Positions 1-12,269 of a stretch of DNA of 64,000 bases are shown here, piece by piece. The stretch is taken from contig CM069155.1 of assembly GCA_035221665.1 (NCBI GenBank), forward strand, positions 29,512,001 through 29,576,000. The letters are read 5' to 3'. Below the pieces are notes generated by a model. It had not been told where the DNA came from. It worked only from the letters and a program-made list of their open reading frames with translations, and did not search any database. Origin of the DNA: Okamejei kenojei (lineage: Eukaryota). Each line of letters begins with the position of its first letter. Position 1 is the first letter of the stretch. The translations under genes and the position numbers were made by a program.

Positions 1-321
1 TAAGTCAGCCGCCTTCGATGTCCACCTCTACGGGACAGAACATACAAATATCCTGTACCATATCGGGTTCCAGTTCAGGCGCTAACGATGTCGCGTGGTA
101 CCAACAGATTCCTGGCAAAACTCCAAAGTATCTATTCTGGTATTATTCCAGCACCATTTATAAAGGCACGGACATTCCAGACCGTTTTTCCGTCTCGGTG
201 TCCGGCAGCTCTCTAATATTCGCAATATCTAGCGTTCAATCGGTGGATGCTGCTGATTATTACTGTGCCAAATGGGATAGTGGTTTATATTTCGGTAAAG
301 GAACGAGGCTGGGTATTGGCG
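1..321 (+). CDS. Ig light chain germline-joined VJ exon, copy 1 (5' end lies just upstream of the window)
   Basis: Frame from nt 3 reads SQPPSMSTSTGQNIQISC...WYQQIPG...DAADYYC-AKWDSGLY-FGKGTRLGIG. Both V-domain cysteines, the WYQQ motif and the J motif FGxG are in one ORF, ending at donor G|GTAAGT (321/322). No RSS between V and J. Confidence 0.95.
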
Positions 322-612
322 GTAAGTAAAATATATTCTTCCGATAGCGCGCTGTTTTCTTTTTATTCTAATGCAGATATTGTTTGAAAATAATGTATAT
401 AAGCTACGAAAATAATGTATTTGATTGTTTGCACTGATCAGAGCCATACTTCGCCTTCAAAGCATTTCAAAACGACCATGACCCGAGCAAGACTAACCCT
501 TACAGCGTCAGGGTTAGATTACATGGCAGCTGCGATTCCAAACAACATATTTTTTTACAGTTCACATAATTACTTCGGGCCGCACCATGAATTTAATGTG
601 CTCGAAAATGTG

Positions 613-620
613 ATGCAAAT
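613..620 (+). promoter_or_regulatory. Perfect octamer ATGCAAAT in the J-C intron (candidate intronic enhancer element)
   Basis: Exact Oct-1/Oct-2 motif; retained at the homologous site in copy 2 (21214-21221) and copy 3 (41537-41544). Confidence 0.45.
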
Positions 621-1534
621 CTTCCATTTTCCAATTTTTTCGCGTCTAATAATGATCGCGTACTACGCAGTGCGAATGGTGTAATTTCTCTCGGATTTTG
701 AAATAGTCAAGTAGATGAGGGTTGATGTACAACTGAAGTTGCATGGAATAGGGTTCGTCCAATACATTGCGGAAATATTCGCAGCGATTGTGCAGATATG
801 AAAGGAAATTGCTTGGGTAACGGGGGGTCAGCAACGTTAATTGTCAAAATTCCCGTTGACGATGTTTAAACAAGGATATCAAAATGCGAAATGCGAAGAG
901 AAAGTTTCGCACATTTCCTTCAGATATTTTGTTTAATACGTAGAGCAGCCTTTCTTGGACGCAACAATGCATTTCAAATTTAAATGAACATTCGATCTAC
1001 AATTCCATCCTTGCTTGTGAACGACATCTGCCAATCGGCAACCGTGGCTTTCGAAGAATAGTTTCTACATAATTTTGCCGAACTTAAATAGCGTCACCCT
1101 CCATCTCAATAGGTGCCGACAATTAAATAAGTTGAAATCTGTTATTATAAATTTCGCGACCGGGAATCGTTTATATCTGCTGATATATTTAGATAAATGT
1201 AAAGCCAGAGCTGTGTAGTAAAATGAACATTATAAAAGTTATAATAATGTATTCAGTTTTATTTAAAAAAGTGCAGCCATGATCTATCATATAAGCTTTC
1301 CCTGAGTTTATGCATAGGGTAGACAGGGTCTATTCTAGTTGCTTTCACGTACTTTATTTATGGTTCACCCAATTAAAAAAAAAACCACACTATAATGGTT
1401 GGAAATAGGTCGAGAATAAAACGACTTATTTCTACAAATGAATAAATGAGTGCTTTAATGAGATGTATTTTCGGAAAATAATGATATCTCAACGGCAGCA
1501 ATTCTCCAATTAAATGTGACTTCTTATTAAACAG

Positions 1535-1857
1535 ATCCTCGGGCACCGATCGTGACGGTCCTCCCGCCTTCAGCCGATGAAGTTACCTCAAAGGGCACCG
1601 CCACCCTGGTGTGCTTAGTGAACGGCTTTAATCCGGGCTCGGTGGCCGTTGAGTGGAGCGTTGACGGCGGTGCAAAAAATAGCGGCGTTGAGACCAGCCC
1701 GATCCAGCAGGATAAGGACAACACGTTCAGTCTCAGCAGTTACCTTACTCTGACAGCCTCAGACTGGAACTTACACGATCTTTACTCCTGTGTGGTTAAA
1801 CACCAGACTCAGTCAAACCCGCTGAAGACAACTATCATGAGATCCAGCTGTATCTGA
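1535..1857 (+). CDS. Ig light chain constant exon (lambda/type II-like), copy 1
   Basis: Acceptor ttattaaacag|AT gives a phase-1 junction G|AT = Asp. Reads DPRAPIVTVLPPS...ATLVCLVNGFNPG...VEW...FSLSSYLTL...YSCVVKH...RSSCI*, a C1-set domain with the penultimate interchain Cys. Confidence 0.95.
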
Positions 1858-2034
1858 TGTTTGAAGCGTGAGCTGACTCCCCAAAGTTAGTTAATCACCA
1901 TTGGGTTCTTTCATGTGACAAAGTTAGTCTTTGTCTTATGGAATTTTCATAAAGAAATGCCATTATAGTTGAAACCTTGATTTTTTTGACTTATTCGCTT
2001 TAAATGCAGTTATTTCGATATAATATCGTTCTTG

Positions 2035-2040
2035 AATAAA
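2035..2040 (+). terminator. Polyadenylation signal of IgL copy 1
   Basis: AATAAA about 180 nt after the stop; conserved in copy 3 (42893-42898). Confidence 0.7.
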
Positions 2041-3149
2041 GCATCACGTCGAGTCAATTGCGTTAACTAAAATAATGTATGTTGCTATTGTATCCAAGTT
2101 ATTATTTACAGACGTTGAGTAAAGTTTTAAAACTATTGTCAAATGCATCGCTGATTCTCTTTGATTTATTTGTGACCCCAAACATATGGATTGTGTTGTC
2201 TTATATATTTGAGCAAGAATCGCTGATTTATTTTCCCGTAATCTCGATCTCGCATTACAATCGTAGAACAGTAGTGAGTTTGTGCCACTCGTCAAGTTAT
2301 ACAATGCGTTCTAAACCAATCATGACAAACGTGATCTCAACTCCAATAAGAATCCCCAAAATTGGCAGGAAATTCTCGGCGAGGCGGCCTGAAGTAAGAA
2401 ATTGATTTGATGTTTCAGGTTGTTCTTTTGGTCAAAAATGTCCCTACCAACCCCACACCTTCATGGGTTAAAGGATTTGTTAAATATGTTTTTGTTCGTA
2501 AGGCGCACCGTCCATATTGTAAATAAAGGCAAGATATATGCACTCCTGGAAATTTACCGGAAACGACATTAATTCCCAACATATCAGCAAGATTCTGTAA
2601 AACTGATGGTTTGTTCCCACCTCCACTTTACACTATACACACTATGCACCGCACCTCCATCCTTTATCACCGAAGACAATGACATTAACCTATGACGGGA
2701 TTTGTATTCCAACTATGCTAAGATCTCGTTATCATCCAGTGTTCCATCACAATCATCGCTGCGGGTTGTGTTTTTTTTGAGGGAGCAAACAGCAAAGATT
2801 GAATCTTCCTAGTCTTGGCATTTCCATCTGTTCCTCTAGTGTCCAACTATCCATCAATATCAGACGATCGGATATGATTTGTTCCAATGACGCAACATTC
2901 AAAGCCACCCAACAGAGAGGATTCCAATGATTTACAACCTTGTTCGCGAAGACCTACCACTTTATTTCACTCCTACATAGCCAGATCCAGCATTATATTG
3001 TCCCCAAAACCAGTGTTCTATTGTTCGTCCCTCACAATAAGCATTTGTTTTCAATGTGTTCTCCTCTCATTCTTAGAAACTCTCAGAGAATCTTCTGCAG
3101 CCCAATTGAAATACGTTGCCCAGTTGCAGATTAAAGAAATGCGTAGTGT

Positions 3150-3345
3150 GTAGGAAGGAACTGCAGATGCCGGTTGAAACCGAAGCTAGACATAAAAAAG
3201 TTGTAGTGGTTCATTCGGGTCAGACAGCATCTCTGGATAAAAGGAATAGCTGACGTTTCGGGTCGAGACCCTTCGGACCCGAAACGTCAGCTACTACTTT
3301 TCTCCAGAGATGCTGTCTGTCCAGCTTTTTATGTCTATCTTCAAA
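3150..3345. mobile_element. Palindromic Penelope-like terminal-repeat remnant (fold-back)
   Basis: Inverted arms about 3182-3264 and 3276-3342, with a perfect 18-bp core TAGCTGACGTTTCGGGTC / GACCCGAAACGTCAGCTA. Same sequence family as the Penelope 3' end at 10212-10310. Paralog at about 44040-44220. Confidence 0.65.
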
Positions 3346-3919
3346 GAAATACCTAGAGTTTTTATGAATGGACATGGGGCGTTATTCTCACATCTACCAT
3401 GGTACAGTGTAAATCATTTTTGTTTACAGTTCAGTATCACTATACATAAGCACTTAAATACTTCTTAGATAAACATCTCAGATACAGTAAACGTGTATCG
3501 CGGTGGTACACTGAGACAGTATTCGCCAGATTTGGCGCCATTTTCATATCCTAGTTGCTGTTAATGCAGGGTTCTTGACCTGACCATTGAGGTCCGCTGC
3601 CCTGCCAGCGTTGCAGGTTCTTCATCGGCTCTCTTCGCCGTCAGAGTAGTGTACTCCCGCCCGCAGTCAGTCTGTTTAACGGCCATCGCTCCGACTCCTT
3701 CCTCTCCGGCCGGCGAGCCGGGCCTTCTGGGTGGGTTCCACGTCCGGTCCGCGGCACGAGTCATCGGCGGGCGATCGACTCTGAGAACTCCTCTTGCACT
3801 TTTTTGGTTGTTCCTAAATTTATTTTTGTTAATCACACCGCTGCACTTATTAATAAATCAATTAATCTGTCTCAATTGGCGTCCGTATACCGTCTATTTT
3901 AAGAACAGGTGCAATATCA

Positions 3920-6617
3920 GAGAGCTTGTCAGAGAGGATATTACAGCAGTGCTTTGGCAGGATAGATTAGAGGGTTCGTCTAGGGAGGCTATTTGGGTGG
4001 AACTGAGAAGTGGGAACGGTGTAGCAACACTTTTAGGGGTGTACTATAGACCGCCAAATGGGGAGCGAGAATTGGAAGAGCAAATATGTAAGGAGATAGC
4101 AGATATTAATAGTAAGCACAAGGTAGTGATTGTGGGAGATTTCAATTTCCCAAAAATAGACTGGGAAACACATTCTGTAAATGGGCTGGATGGTTTGGAG
4201 TTTGTAAAATGTGTGCAGGATAGTTTTTTGCAGCAGTACATAGAGGTACCGACCAGAGAAGGGGCAGTGGTGGACCTCCTGTTAGGAAATGAGGCAGGAC
4301 AGGTGACGGAGGTATGCGTTGGTGAGCACTTCGGGACCAGTGATCACAATACCATTAGTTTCAATATAATTATGGAGCGAGTCAGAACCGGACCTAGAGT
4401 GGAGATTTTTGATTGGAGAAAGGCTAACTTTGAGGGAATGCGTGAGTATTTTAAAGGAGTGAATTGGGACACTTTGTTTCATGGGAAGGATGTAGAAGAG
4501 AAATGGAGGACATTTAAAGGGGAAATTGTAAGAGTACAGAATCTTTATGTCCCTGTTAGGTTGAAAGGAAATAGTAAAAATTGGAAAGAGCCATGGTTTT
4601 CAAGGGAAATTAGACACTTGTTTCGAAAAAAGAGAGATATCTACAAAAATTATAGGAGGCATGGAGTAAATGAGGTTGCTAGAGGAGTATAAAGAATGTA
4701 AAAAGAATCTTAAGAAAGAAATTAGGAAGGCTAAAAGAAGATATGAGGTTGCTTTGGCAAGAAAGGTGAAAGTAAATCCAAAGGGTTTCTACAGCTATAT
4801 TAATAGCAAAAGGATAACGAGGGATAAAATTGGACCATTAGAGAACCAGAATGGACAGCTATCTGCAGAGCCAAAAGAGATGAGGGAGATATTGAACAAT
4901 TTCTTTTCTTCGGTATTCACCAAGGAGAAGGATATTGAACTCTGTGAGGTAAGGGAAAAAAGTAGAGTAGCTATGGAAACTATGAGATTCAAAGAGGAGG
5001 AAGTACTGACACTTTTGAAAAATATAAAGGTGGATAAGTCTCCAGGTCCTGACAGGATATTCCCTAGGACATTGAGGGAAGTTAGTGTAGAAATAGCAGG
5101 AGCTATGACAGAAATATTTCAAATGTCATTAGAAACGGGAAGAGTGCCGGAGGATTGGCGTACTGTGCATGTTGTTCCATTGTTTAAAAAGGGTTCAAAG
5201 AATAAACCTAGCAATTATAGACCTATTAGTTTGACGTCAGTGGTGGGCAAATTAATGGAAAGGATACTTAGAGATAATATATATAAGCATCTGGATAAAC
5301 AGGGTCTGATCAGGAACAGTCAACATGGATTTGTGCCTGGAAGGTCATGTTTGACAAACCTTCTTGAATTTTTTGAAGCGGTAACTAGGGAAATTGATGA
5401 GGGTAAAGCAGTGGATGTTGTCTATATGGATTTCAGTAAGGCCTTTGACAAGGTTCCCCATGGAAGGTTGGTTCAGAAGGTTCAATCTTTGGGTGTTAAT
5501 GGCGGAGTAGCAAGATGGATTCAACAGTGGCTGAATGGGAGATGTCAGAGAGTAATGGTGGATGGCTGTTTGTCAGGTTGGAAGCCGGTGACCAGTGGGG
5601 TGCCTCAGGGATCTGTGTTGGGTCCACTGTTGTTTGTCATGTACATCAATGATCTGGATGATGGGGTGGAAAATTGGATAAGTAAGTATGCAGATGATAC
5701 TAAGATAGGTGGTATTGTGGATAATGAAGTAGATTCTCAAAGTCTACAGAGAGATTTGGGCCATTTGGAAAAGTGGGCTGAAAGATGGCAGATGGAGTTT
5801 AATGCTGATAAGTGTGAAGTGCTACATCTTGGCAGGACAAATCAAAATAGGACGTACATGGTAAATGGTAGGGAATTGAGGAATGCTGTGGAACAGAGGG
5901 ATCTAGGAATAACTGTGCATAGTTCCCTGAAGGTGGAATCGCATGTAGATAGGGTGGTAAAGAAAGCCTTTGGTGTGCTGGCCTTTATAAATCAGAGCAT
6001 TGAATATAGGAGTAGGGAAGTAATGTTAAAATTGTACAAGGCATTGGTAAGACCAATTCTGGAGTATGGTGTACAATTTTGGTCGCCTAGTTATAGGAAG
6101 GATGTCAACAAAATAGAGAGAGTACAGAGGAGATTTACTAGAATGTTGCCAGGGTTCCAGCAACTATGTTACAGAGAAAGGTTGAACAAGTTAGGTCTTT
6201 ATTCTTTGGAGCGCAGAAGGTTAAGGGGGGACTTGATTGAGGTCTTTAAAATGATGAAAGGGATAGACAGAGTTGACGTGGATAAGCTTTTCCCATTGAG
6301 GGTAGGGAAGATTCAAACAAGAGGGCATGACATGAGAATTAAGGGACAGAAGTTTAGGGGTAACGTGAGGGGGAACTTCTTTACTCAGAGGGTGGTGGCT
6401 GTGTGGAATGAGCTTCCAGCAGAGGTGGTGGAGGCAGGATCGATTTTAACATTTAAAAGTAAAGTGGATAGGTATATGGACGTGAAGGGAATGGAGGGGT
6501 ATGGTCTGAGTGCAGGTAGATGGGACTAGGGGAAAACAAATGGTCGGCACGGACTGGAAGGGCCGAGAGGGCCTGTCTCCGTGCTGTAATTGTTATATGG
6601 TTATATTATATGGTTAT
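3920..6617 (+). mobile_element. CR1-clade LINE, 5'-truncated, nearly intact ORF2 (APE + RT)
   Basis: GVYYRPP, VGDFNFP and SDHN (endonuclease); DFSKAFDKVPH, GVPQGSVLGP and YADD (RT). Single frameshift near 4676. (TTATATGG)-type tail. Candidate TSD AATATCA at 3913-3919 and 6618-6624. Confidence 0.93.
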
Positions 6618-7399
6618 AATATCACCTTTACATTCACGATATCCCTGTCACTTGTCACCATTTTGCCCCATGGGCTTGATCTTCCGATGCAAAAAAAACG
6701 CAATGTTCTCCTTACTAAAACTCCTCTATATGGTTAAGTCTCATCTACCCCATTTTTACCCGATTAATGAGAAGGGGGTCCCAGCATGATTCTCGTGGCC
6801 ATGGTCTCATTGAAATATTGAAACGTTTATACTGTAGCAAAACATATATCGTCTACGCCAGGCGTTGAACTGCCTTATAAGATTCTGTTCCAGAGCAAAT
6901 TTGCGTGTGGCACTGTGAATACAGGGTTTGTTAACACTGAACTTCTTAATTTCAAACCGAGCTCCCAAACTTCTCGTAGAACAAGTCCACATTTGGCGCT
7001 TTGAACTTTGCCAGTTCTTTGGCCGGCTTAAAGTTGTGTGCCAGGCCAATTCCGCCACAATATGTCTCCGGAGACTTGAAGATGCGTTAAATCCCCGCTC
7101 TGCACACCGGAAACAGACCTTGGCGTTCTTCGTCAAAGTTCATAAAACAGAATGTTAGTTTGCCCTGCGCCATCCATAATACTTCCTATTTCTGCTTCAG
7201 CTATGTAACCGTGGCTCTAATGGACAATGTTAAATCTGAAACTCCTGTAACACCGCAACCTGGAATCTCATATTTATTTCGTTCACATGTACATCCCCTG
7301 GTTACTGTTTTTTGAACTAATCTTTTTTCTTCATCATCTTGGTTTAATTTATTGTGCTCAGCTTTAGGGATAATGGTTTTGGATGCGTGCTATCCGGTC

Positions 7400-7663
7400 A
7401 ACGAAAGGACGCTATATAATTACAATCAAGCCGTCCACAATGTACAGATACAGGATAAAGATAAACCATTCATTGCATGACGAAGTCATATTAAAGATAA
7501 TTCAATTGTCTCTTATGAGGCTAAATGAGAGGCTTGGATCGTAGGCACGCTCGTGAGAGGACAGTTCTGTTGCTGGAACTGTTCGTGAATCTGGAGGTAT
7601 GCGTTTTCAAACTTCTATACCTGTTGTCTGATGGGAGAAGGGAGACGAGGGAATGAGCAGAAT
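7400..7663 (-). mobile_element. Rex1/Babar-like LINE 3' fragment
   Basis: Minus-strand translation LLPSDNRYRSLKTHTSRFTNS resembles the Rex1 ORF C-terminus. Copy at about 24630-24916. Confidence 0.5.
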
Positions 7664-7798
7664 NNNNNNNNNNNNNNNNNNNNNNNNNNNNNNNNNNNNN
7701 NNNNNNNNNNNNNNNNNNNNNNNNNNNNNNNNNNNNNNNNNNNNNNNNNNNNNNNNNNNNNNNNNNNNNNNNNNNNNNNNNNNNNNNNNNNNNNNNNN

Positions 7799-8945
7799 TA
7801 TTCACATTCAAGGAATTTGCCTTGGTGCTCCGCCTGCAAGTGACAACATGACATACAATGACAGTTAGGAATGACACATAAAACATTATTGATTGTACAT
7901 GTGAATTAAATAAAATACCCGATCAAAAGGAGGCTACAGATTTTTGATTGTTGAGTAGAGCTACTACTCGTGGAAAAACATCTGTTTATATGTCTGGCTG
8001 TGGCAGCTTTGACGGTTCGGAGTCGCCTTCCAGAGAGAAGCGAATCAAAGAGTTTGTTGTCAAAGTGAGAGGGGTCAGGGATGATCTTGCCCGGCTTGCT
8101 TCCAGGCCCTTGCAGTGTACAGTGTACAGTTCATCAATGGAGGGAAGGTTGCAACCAAAAACCTTCTCAACTGATCCGACGATTCGCTGCAGCCTCCGGA
8201 TGTCATGCTTGGTGGCTGAGCCAAACTAGACCATGATTGAGAAGGTGAGGACAGTTTGTATGATGGCTGTATAGAATTGGACCATCATTGCCTGTGGCAA
8301 ATTGTGCTTCCTCAGCTGCCGCAGGAAGTACATCCTCTGTTGTGCCTTTTTGACTGTGGATGGAATCTAAAAGACTTCCCAGGAAGTTAAAAGGCTCCAC
8401 AGATGTGACTGTGGTTTTGTTGATGGTAAGTGGGGTGAGGGGAAGCGGTGAACTCCTAAAGTCTACTATCAATTCCACTGTCTTAAGAGCATTGAGCTCC
8501 AGGTTGTTGCGATGGCACCAGGCTGCCAGCTGTGTCACGTCCTGTCTATAGGCAGATTCTTCCCCATCCTGGATTAGTCCAATGAGGGTTGTGTCGTCCG
8601 CAAACTTGAGAAAGGAGTCAGTGGAGAAACTCGACAGAGAAGTCAGTGGAGGTGCAGTCATTGGTGTAGAGAGATTAGAGGAGAGGGGAGAGCACGCAGT
8701 CTTGCGGTGCTCCTATGCTGAGGGTTTGCAGGTCCGAGATGGGCTTTCCCAGCCTCACATGCTGCTTTCTGTCTGTCAGGAAGCTGGTGATCCACCGACA
8801 GAGGGGTTCAGGCACAGTCAACTCGGAAAGTTTGGAGTGTAGTAGCTCTGGCACAATGGTGTTGAATGCAGAGCTAAAATCAACAAACAAAATCCTCGCT
8901 TAGGTCCAAAGGCCGTCCAGGTGCTGGAGGATGAAGTTCAGGTCC
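7799..8945 (-). mobile_element. Rex1/Babar LINE, degraded RT and 3' end
   Basis: [37 protein letters not shown] and LNALKTVELIVDFR motifs. Confidence 0.85.
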
Positions 8946-10320
8946 AGATCGGGATGGGGGGGGGGGGGGGGGGGGGGAATGAAGCAGTACTTGAAATCAA
9001 ATAAATCAATTTTCATACCGCTGAGTTGTAAGCTGCGCAAGCGAAATATGAGGTGCTATTATTCCAATTTGCGGGTGGGCTCATTTTGAGCGATAAGGAC
9101 AGTTAGCTCAGCATGGAAATGGGATGGAGTTAAAATGTTAGGTATTCATGTTATCTGGCCTACACTTCTTCCTCCCCTGCCACTTTCAAAATACCCTATT
9201 CCCTCCTACCAATTACTCTGTTGCCGCTGCTTTTTCTCCCAAGATGAGACGTTCCCGACTAGAACATCAGAGATGTCCTAATTCTTTAGGGAACTAGAGT
9301 TCCGCCCTTTTATCATAAATTAGACCATCACACATGTCGCATCTGGATCCAGCAGTTCCTCACTTGTTCCCAAGCCCCACAGTTGCGACAGGGACAGTTA
9401 TTATCCTCCAAAATTTTCTTCTCCTCCAAACTACTCACAACTTCCCATTCCACCCCCTTCCTGTGTACCGCAGTGACCATTCCCTTTGAAACTCTCTGGT
9501 TCCATCATCAGTTCCCACGCAAACCACCCTCGCCCCAGGGACTTTCCCTTGCAACCGCAGAAGAAGCAATCCTGTCCTTATACCTCCCACCTCGATTATA
9601 TCCAGGGACCCCGACAGTCGTTTCAGGGGAGGCAGTAGTTTACTTGCACCTTCTCCACCTCATCTATTGTTCGGTGTGGGCTCATATAGATTGGCAAGAG
9701 GAACTATGAACTTGGTGGTCGTTTCGCTGAACACTTGTGCACAGTCCGCCATGGCCTAAGGGGTCTTCTAGTTGCCGAAATATTTTCCCACCCATTGAAG
9801 AATGGTCTCGACAAGAAACGTCACACATTCCTTCTATCCAGAGATGCTGCCCGTCCCGCTGAGTTACTCCGGTTTTCTTTTATCGACCTTCCCGTACTGA
9901 CCATTCAGTGCTGTCGTTGTCAGAGTGAGGCCACATGCAAATTGAAAGAACAGCACCTCAAATGTCGCTTGGGCAACTTTCAACCCAGGGTTATGACTAT
10001 TGATTTATCTAACTTCAAGCTACTCTTGCATTCCCCCCCCCCCCCCCCCTCTCCCATCCTTGTAACCTTGAAGGATAATCCTTCCCATTATCGCCCTTTC
10101 CCCAGCCAACAATGGTCTATTTTGGGCTCCACCCTTCCTGAAGTCATCTGTTGCCAGCCCTGATTTGTTCTGGCCTTGTCATTTACAGTTTCCACCCCCA
10201 CCTCTTTCAGTCTGAAGAAGGCTTCCGATCCGAAATATCACCTATTAATTTTCTCCAGAGATGCAGCCTGACTCGCTGAGTTATTCCAGCATTTTTGTGT
10301 TCACTGTCGGTTTAAAGTTG
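8945..10320 (+). mobile_element. Penelope-like retroelement remnant (RT thumb + GIY-YIG endonuclease + terminal repeat) with an inverted 5' partial repeat
   Basis: Decayed YL.YTSS.P / GTFPCNRRR / LIYC...YIG / RFAEHL / CQSEATCKLKEQHL...RLG..QP..M.ID.SNF motifs. 8975-9090 is an inverted copy of the same ORF end. The terminal repeat carries a hammerhead-like motif. Confidence 0.8.
10212..10239 (+). ncRNA. Degenerate minimal hammerhead ribozyme motif in the Penelope terminal repeat
   Basis: CTGAAGA-A-GGCTTCCGATCC-GAAA-T-ATC with a weak stem II. Copies at 27456-27483, 54093-54120 and 56786-56813. Confidence 0.5.
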
Positions 10321-12170
10321 TTTAGCTAAATTTTTCCCTATCCTTGTATTTATTTTTGGGATTAATGTATTGTTGGTCAGACAATGCATCGATCGCCCAT
10401 CCCTATCTGCCATTGAGAAGCTGATGATAAACTACCTTGAAGCTGTCTGACCTGCTGAGCTACTTTGGGTTTTTGTGTCTATCTTCAGCAACTATAATCT
10501 TGTGATGCCATTCGTGTTATACATCCAAAGGTTGGATCAACGAAGTGTGAAAGATGATATCGTTCCAAGCCTGATGTGCCATTGCTGACAACTACATTAT
10601 TATGCAGAAGATAAACACAAAATGCTGAAATAAATCAATGGCCAAGCAGAAACTCTGGACACACAGGATAGGTGGCAGCTTCTGCACCAAGCGCCCAACG
10701 CAAATAAGCACCTGCAGTTCCTGGACTCTGCCGAGGGATTTGGATATGTTGGGAGAGTGAGCTGAGTAGTGGGAGATGCAATACAGCACAGGAAAGTGTG
10801 GAGTTATACATTTGGGTGGCAGGAATAAAGGCATAGACTATTTTCTAAATATAGAAATAGTTTACAAATCGGAGATACAAAGGGACTTGGGAGTGTTGAT
10901 GCAGGATTACCAAAATGTTAAATTGCAAGTCGAATCAGTAGGAAGGAATGTGAATGCAATGCTAGGATTTATTTCGAGAGGGCTAGAATACAAAACATAA
11001 ATGTAATGCTGAGGTTATATAAGGAACTGCTCAGACTGGATTTAGATTATTATGCACAGTTTAGGCCCCGTATCAGAAGAATTATGTGTTGGCTATAGAG
11101 AGGGTCCAGAGGAGGTTTACGAGAATGATACCAGGAATAAATGGGTTAATATGTGATGAGGGCACAGGGCTTGTACTCGCAGGAGTTTAGAAGGATGAAG
11201 GGATATCTCATTGAAACTTACCAAATAGTGAAAGGCTTATATAGAGTAAACATGGGGAGGATGTTTCTACTGGTGGGAGAATCTGGGGCCAGTGGCCATA
11301 GACTCAGCATTAAAGGATGTACCTTTAGAAAGGAGACGAGGAGGATTGCTTTTATTCATGGGATGGTGAATCTTTGGAATCAATTGCCAATAGAGAGGCA
11401 TGGATATTTTTACAGAGAAACATAGAAACATAGAAAATAGGAGCAGTAGAAGGCCTTTCGACCCTTGGAGCCTGCACCACCATCCAATATGATCATGCCT
11501 AATCATCCATAATCGGTACTCCGTTCCTGCATTTTCCCCCATATCCCTTGATTCCTAACTATATCTAACTCTCGTGAAAACATCCAATGAATTGGCCCCC
11601 ACTGCCTTCTGTGGCAGAGGATTCCACTGATTCACAACTCACTTTGTCAAAACGTTTCTTCTCATCGCAGTCCAAAATGGCCTACCCCTTATTCTTAATC
11701 TGTGACGCCTGGTTCTGTTCACCCCCAACATCAGGAATAATAATTCTGCATCAAGCCTGTCCAATTCCTTCAGAATTTTATATGTTTCTATAAGATCTCT
11801 TCTCATCCTTCTAATTTCAGTGAATTCAAGCCCAGTCGTCTCATTCTTTCATCATATGTCATTCCCACCATCCGGGGAATTAACCTGGTGACCTTACGCT
11901 GCACTCCCTCAATAGGAAGAATGTCCTTCCATAAATTAGGGGAAATTAAAACTGCACACAATAGTCCAGGTGTGGTCTCATCAGGGCCCTGTACATCTGC
12001 AGTAGAACCTCCTTGCTCCTATACTCAAATCCTCTCGCTGTGAAGGCCAACATGCCATTTCATTTCTTCACTGCCTGCTGTACCTGAATGCTTACATTCA
12101 GTGACTGATGTACAAGGACATCCAGGCCTCATTGCACCTCACCTTTTCCTAAACTGACACAATTCAGATT

Positions 12171-12269
12171 CAGGGGTCTGAAGAAGGGTCTCGACCCGAA
12201 ACGTCGCCTATCTCCTTCGCTCCTTAGATGCTGCTGCACCCGCTGAGTTTCTCCATCTTTTTGTGTACC
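12171..12269 (+). mobile_element. 99-bp Penelope-derived, hammerhead-containing insertion with 13-bp TSD
   Basis: Flanked by CACAATTCAGATT at 12158-12170 and 12270-12282. Absent from the paralogous CR1 at about 58720-58750. Confidence 0.85.
12174..12209 (+). ncRNA. Minimal type I hammerhead ribozyme
   Basis: GGGT (stem I) - CTGAAGA (12178-84) - extra A - GGGT ctcg ACCC (stem II) - GAAA - C - GTC (cleavage predicted after 12205) - GCCT (stem I'). Stem III is the palindrome ACGT. Confidence 0.72.

Noticed and set aside
261-267. Embedded heptamer TACTGTG in FR3 as a V-replacement signal
   Set aside because: It is a by-product of the YYC codons found in most V genes, and there is no matching nonamer.
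18-329. ORF-track starts and ends for the V and C ORFs
   Set aside because: They are internal exons; the true boundaries are the splice sites given.
3649-3919. N-terminal extension of the 347-aa ORF as a novel hydrophobic domain fused to APE
   Set aside because: Chance open frame upstream of the 5'-truncated CR1 junction.
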